Assembly: GCA_039683575.1 (NCBI GenBank)
Contig: JBDKRC010000332.1
Span: 1 to 10,501, forward strand
Source of the DNA: Armatimonadia bacterium
Lineage (GTDB): Bacteria > Armatimonadota > Zipacnadia > Zipacnadales > UBA11051
Length of the DNA: 10,501 nt
Direction of reading: 5' to 3'
In this document: positions 8,545 through 10,501 of the stretch, one piece after another
How the letters are laid out: every line of letters begins with the position of its first letter
Numbering within the stretch: the first letter of the stretch is position 1
Made by a program: the position numbers and the translations under genes
The notes under the pieces: model-generated
The model's input: the letters and a program-made list of their open reading frames with translations, nothing else
Databases searched by the model: none
What the model was told of the DNA's origin: nothing

Positions 8545-8558
8545 CGGCAAGGCAGACC

Positions 8559-8600
8559 CTAAGCATACCCCTGAAGGTTCGTGTGCCGGGGTCTCTGCAT
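8559..8600 (-). other. 13-aa mini-ORF MQRPRHTNLQGYA with array-type RBS and its own promoter (relic or upstream ORF)
   Basis: GAGGTG (8606-8611)-5 nt-ATG (8600), TAG stop at 8559-8561. Promoter TTGATT-N15-TATACT upstream. Confidence 0.5.
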
Positions 8601-8638
8601 TCCTTCACCTCGCTGACGTATATTCCTAAGTTTCGTAA

Positions 8639-8665
8639 AGTATACCATATCGGACGTCGAATCAA
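8639..8665 (-). promoter_or_regulatory. Promoter upstream of the mini-ORF
   Basis: TTGATT (8660-8665)-N15-TATACT (8639-8644) with TGG extension. Confidence 0.65.
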
Positions 8666-8695
8666 TACCTAAAGTGTTACGTGAAGCTGGAAACG

Positions 8696-8724
8696 ATGAG
8701 ACCCGGGCCGGGCCCGGGTCTCAT
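8696..8724 (-). terminator. Hairpin downstream of copy 6
   Basis: ATGAGACCCGGGCC-G-GGCCCGGGTCTCAT, a 14-bp inverted repeat 22 nt after the stop. Confidence 0.75.
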
Positions 8725-8746
8725 GGCTTACGTGCTACAGGCGGGT

Positions 8747-9370
8747 CTACTTGTTGTAGAGGTAGTAGTACGCCTGCTTGTTGGTGGTGAGGTTGGAGCC
8801 ACTGGCGGTGTCGGTGCCGGTGTAGATGGCATTGCGCAGCATCCACTTGGCATGGCCGTCCACGAAGACGAGGTTGGTGCCCTCGTTGTGGCGGGGTAGC
8901 GGGCGATAGTTGACGTCGTAGTAGTTGATGACGTAGGAGACGCTGTCACCGAAGGCGATGGTCTCCGCGGGCATGGTGATGGCCCCGAGGCTGCGCTGGG
9001 TGCCGGGAGCGTCCGCGCCAAGCTGCAGCCAGTTGTAGCCGTAGTGAGTGGGAACGCCACCGGCGACAACGAGCACACCAGTGCCGGTGCCGCTGGGGCA
9101 GAGGAAGAGCTGGCGATTTTTGACGTAGGGCTGGAAGGAGTCCATCCAGCCATAGGTGGAGCCGGTGTCGCGGTGCTGCGGGCACATCTCGTCATAGTCC
9201 TGCGCGTAAGACTGCACGGCGATGCCGAGCTGCTTGACGTTGGAGAGACAACTCGACTGGCGGGCTTTTTCCCGGGCCTTGGCGAAGACCGGGAAGAGGA
9301 TTGCGGCCAGAATCGCGATGATAGCGATAACGACCAGCAGCTCGATAAGCGTGAAACCGGTTCTCTTCAT
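8747..9370 (-). CDS. Prepilin-type DUF1559-like H-X9-DG protein (copy 6)
   Basis: [12 protein letters not shown]..., [32 protein letters not shown] at 9376-9381. 207 aa. Confidence 0.93.
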   Translation of the reverse strand: MKRTGFTLIELLVVIAIIAILAAILFPVFAKAREKARQSSCLSNVKQLGIAVQSYAQDYDEMCPQHRDTGSTYGWMDSFQPYVKNRQLFLCPSGTGTGVLVVAGGVPTHYGYNWLQLGADAPGTQRSLGAITMPAETIAFGDSVSYVINYYDVNYRPLPRHNEGTNLVFVDGHAKWMLRNAIYTGTDTASGSNLTTNKQAYYYLYNK

Positions 9371-9449
9371 TCGACTACCTCGTAGGGTGTATTTTCTACT
9401 GCCAAAATGTGGCAGTATTGTGGCGGACGTTGATCTGTAAGCACAAATA

Positions 9450-9483
9450 GAGGCGCATCCCCATGGATGGCGGGATGCGCCTC
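9450..9483 (-). terminator. Intrinsic terminator of copy 7
   Basis: 12-bp stem GAGGCGCATCCC / GGGATGCGCCTC, followed on the minus strand by TATTTGT. Confidence 0.8.
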
Positions 9484-9498
9484 GGGTGTGGTTAGTTA

Positions 9499-10140
9499 CT
9501 ACAGGTTGTCCCAGAGATTGGGATCCGGCGGCGCGGCGTGGTCAACGGCGTCAGTATAGCCGAGCTTGCTGATGCCGTACCACTTGGCGTGACCGTCGGC
9601 GAGGACGGCGTTGGAGCCGTCGTTATGCAGCGGGTTCGGGGCGGCGTGGTTGTCACCGGTGGCGTTTGTGTCCCAGTCGGAGAGATAGTAGGTGCTGTCG
9701 AGCAGCACGAGGGTCTCTGTGGGGGCCACCAGGGTGCCTAGCGATACGCCGCCCAGGTAGGTGTCGTTGAAGCCGTAGTCGGCAGCGGAGCTGTAGGCGT
9801 TGTCGGGCCAGCGATAGGAGTTGGACGGGCAGCTAAAGATCTGCGCGTTCTTGATGTAGGGCATTAGCTGATACATCCAGAGCATGTTGGTGCTGCCGGA
9901 AACCGCCCCATTGGGCAGGTTGTAGGTGCAAGGCGCGTTGTTGGGGCGCATGAAGCGCTCATCGTAGTCCTGGGCGTACGACAGCACGCTCAGGCCAAGC
10001 TGCTTGAGATTGGACAGACAACTGGTCTGCCGAGCCTTCTCACGGGCCTTAGCAAAGACTGGGAACAGGATGGCCGCGAGAATGGCGATGATGGCGATGA
10101 CGACCAGAAGCTCGATAAGCGTGAAGCCACGTCGTGTCAT
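9499..10140 (-). CDS. Prepilin-type DUF1559-like H-X9-DG protein (copy 7)
   Basis: [12 protein letters not shown]..., [32 protein letters not shown] at 10146-10151. 213 aa, TAG-TAA double stop. Confidence 0.93.
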   Translation of the reverse strand: MTRRGFTLIELLVVIAIIAILAAILFPVFAKAREKARQTSCLSNLKQLGLSVLSYAQDYDERFMRPNNAPCTYNLPNGAVSGSTNMLWMYQLMPYIKNAQIFSCPSNSYRWPDNAYSSAADYGFNDTYLGGVSLGTLVAPTETLVLLDSTYYLSDWDTNATGDNHAAPNPLHNDGSNAVLADGHAKWYGISKLGYTDAVDHAAPPDPNLWDNL

Positions 10141-10319
10141 TAGTTCACCTCTACGGGTGACGATGCGGGTTCACAAGAACCCGGCCGGCCCTCGAGTGCG
10201 CGCACTCGAGCCTGTGAGACAACTGAATTCGGCATGGCCAAGACTGAGGTGGTACGCCACCACCGCGCGCGGGCGCAAAGCGCCCTTCCAGAGCCAGAGG
10301 CACAGCTTCAGTTACAAAG

Positions 10320-10346
10320 AGGATACCCAAATCGGGGGTGGGTCAA
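10320..10346 (-). promoter_or_regulatory. Putative promoter of copy 7, giving a ~170-nt leader
   Basis: TTGACC (10341-10346)-N15-TATCCT (10320-10325), preceded by GG like the other array promoters. Confidence 0.55.
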
Positions 10347-10455
10347 GCACAAAGACTGGATCAATGACGGAAACAGCGCGATCTGGGTCCTTTGTGTTAG
10401 AGAACACCTGAGCGGGGGGTAGGGTTCCATCGGTTGCGGGAGAGCTGTGGTCGGC

Positions 10456-10482
10456 TGTAGGGCGGGGGCTCCGTACCCCGCC
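10456..10482 (+). repeat. REP-like element (GTAG foot + GC-rich hairpin)
   Basis: TGTAG-GGCGGGG-GCTCCGTA-CCCCGCC. Confidence 0.45.
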
Positions 10483-10501
10483 GCTCCGGGGGGCGACAGA
10501 A

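Noticed and set aside
7051-9620. Diversity-generating retroelement acting on the Asn/Tyr-rich heads
   Set aside because: No reverse transcriptase or template repeat in the window, and differences between the closest 3' ends (copies 4 and 7) are not restricted to adenines.
10245-10300. c-di-GMP-I riboswitch (GGGCGCAAAGC motif)
   Set aside because: On the wrong strand for copy 7 and lacks the upstream GCAAAC/GNRA-tetraloop P2 stem.
10234-10422. 62-aa plus-strand ORF upstream of copy 7
   Set aside because: No RBS or recognisable motif, and it overlaps the predicted promoter and structured leader on the opposite strand.

Overview
GC-rich bacterial DNA. The protein style suggests Armatimonadota or PVC-type bacteria, but that is inference only. 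The window is dominated by a tandem array of seven paralogous type IV prepilin-like genes, all on the minus strand. Each has a [11 protein letters not shown]-methylation signal, a DUF1559-like body and a C-terminal H-X9-DG motif, with a near-invariant N-terminus and a variable head. The array is not an operon: every copy has its own GAGGT(G/A) RBS and downstream hairpin, and most have a recognisable own promoter, several with an unusual TTGAYY-N15-TATnnT geometry and GG just before the -10. Two extra promoter+RBS units in the spacers drive only tiny ORFs and may be relics of lost copies or upstream regulatory ORFs. A divergent AraC regulator / DegT-family aminotransferase pair sits between two sister paralogs, and a convergent membrane PAS histidine kinase bounds the array on the left. 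The last paralog has a ~170-nt, highly structured 5' leader, and REP-like hairpins occur in two spacers. No pilus machinery, rRNA/tRNA, CRISPR array or transposase is visible.
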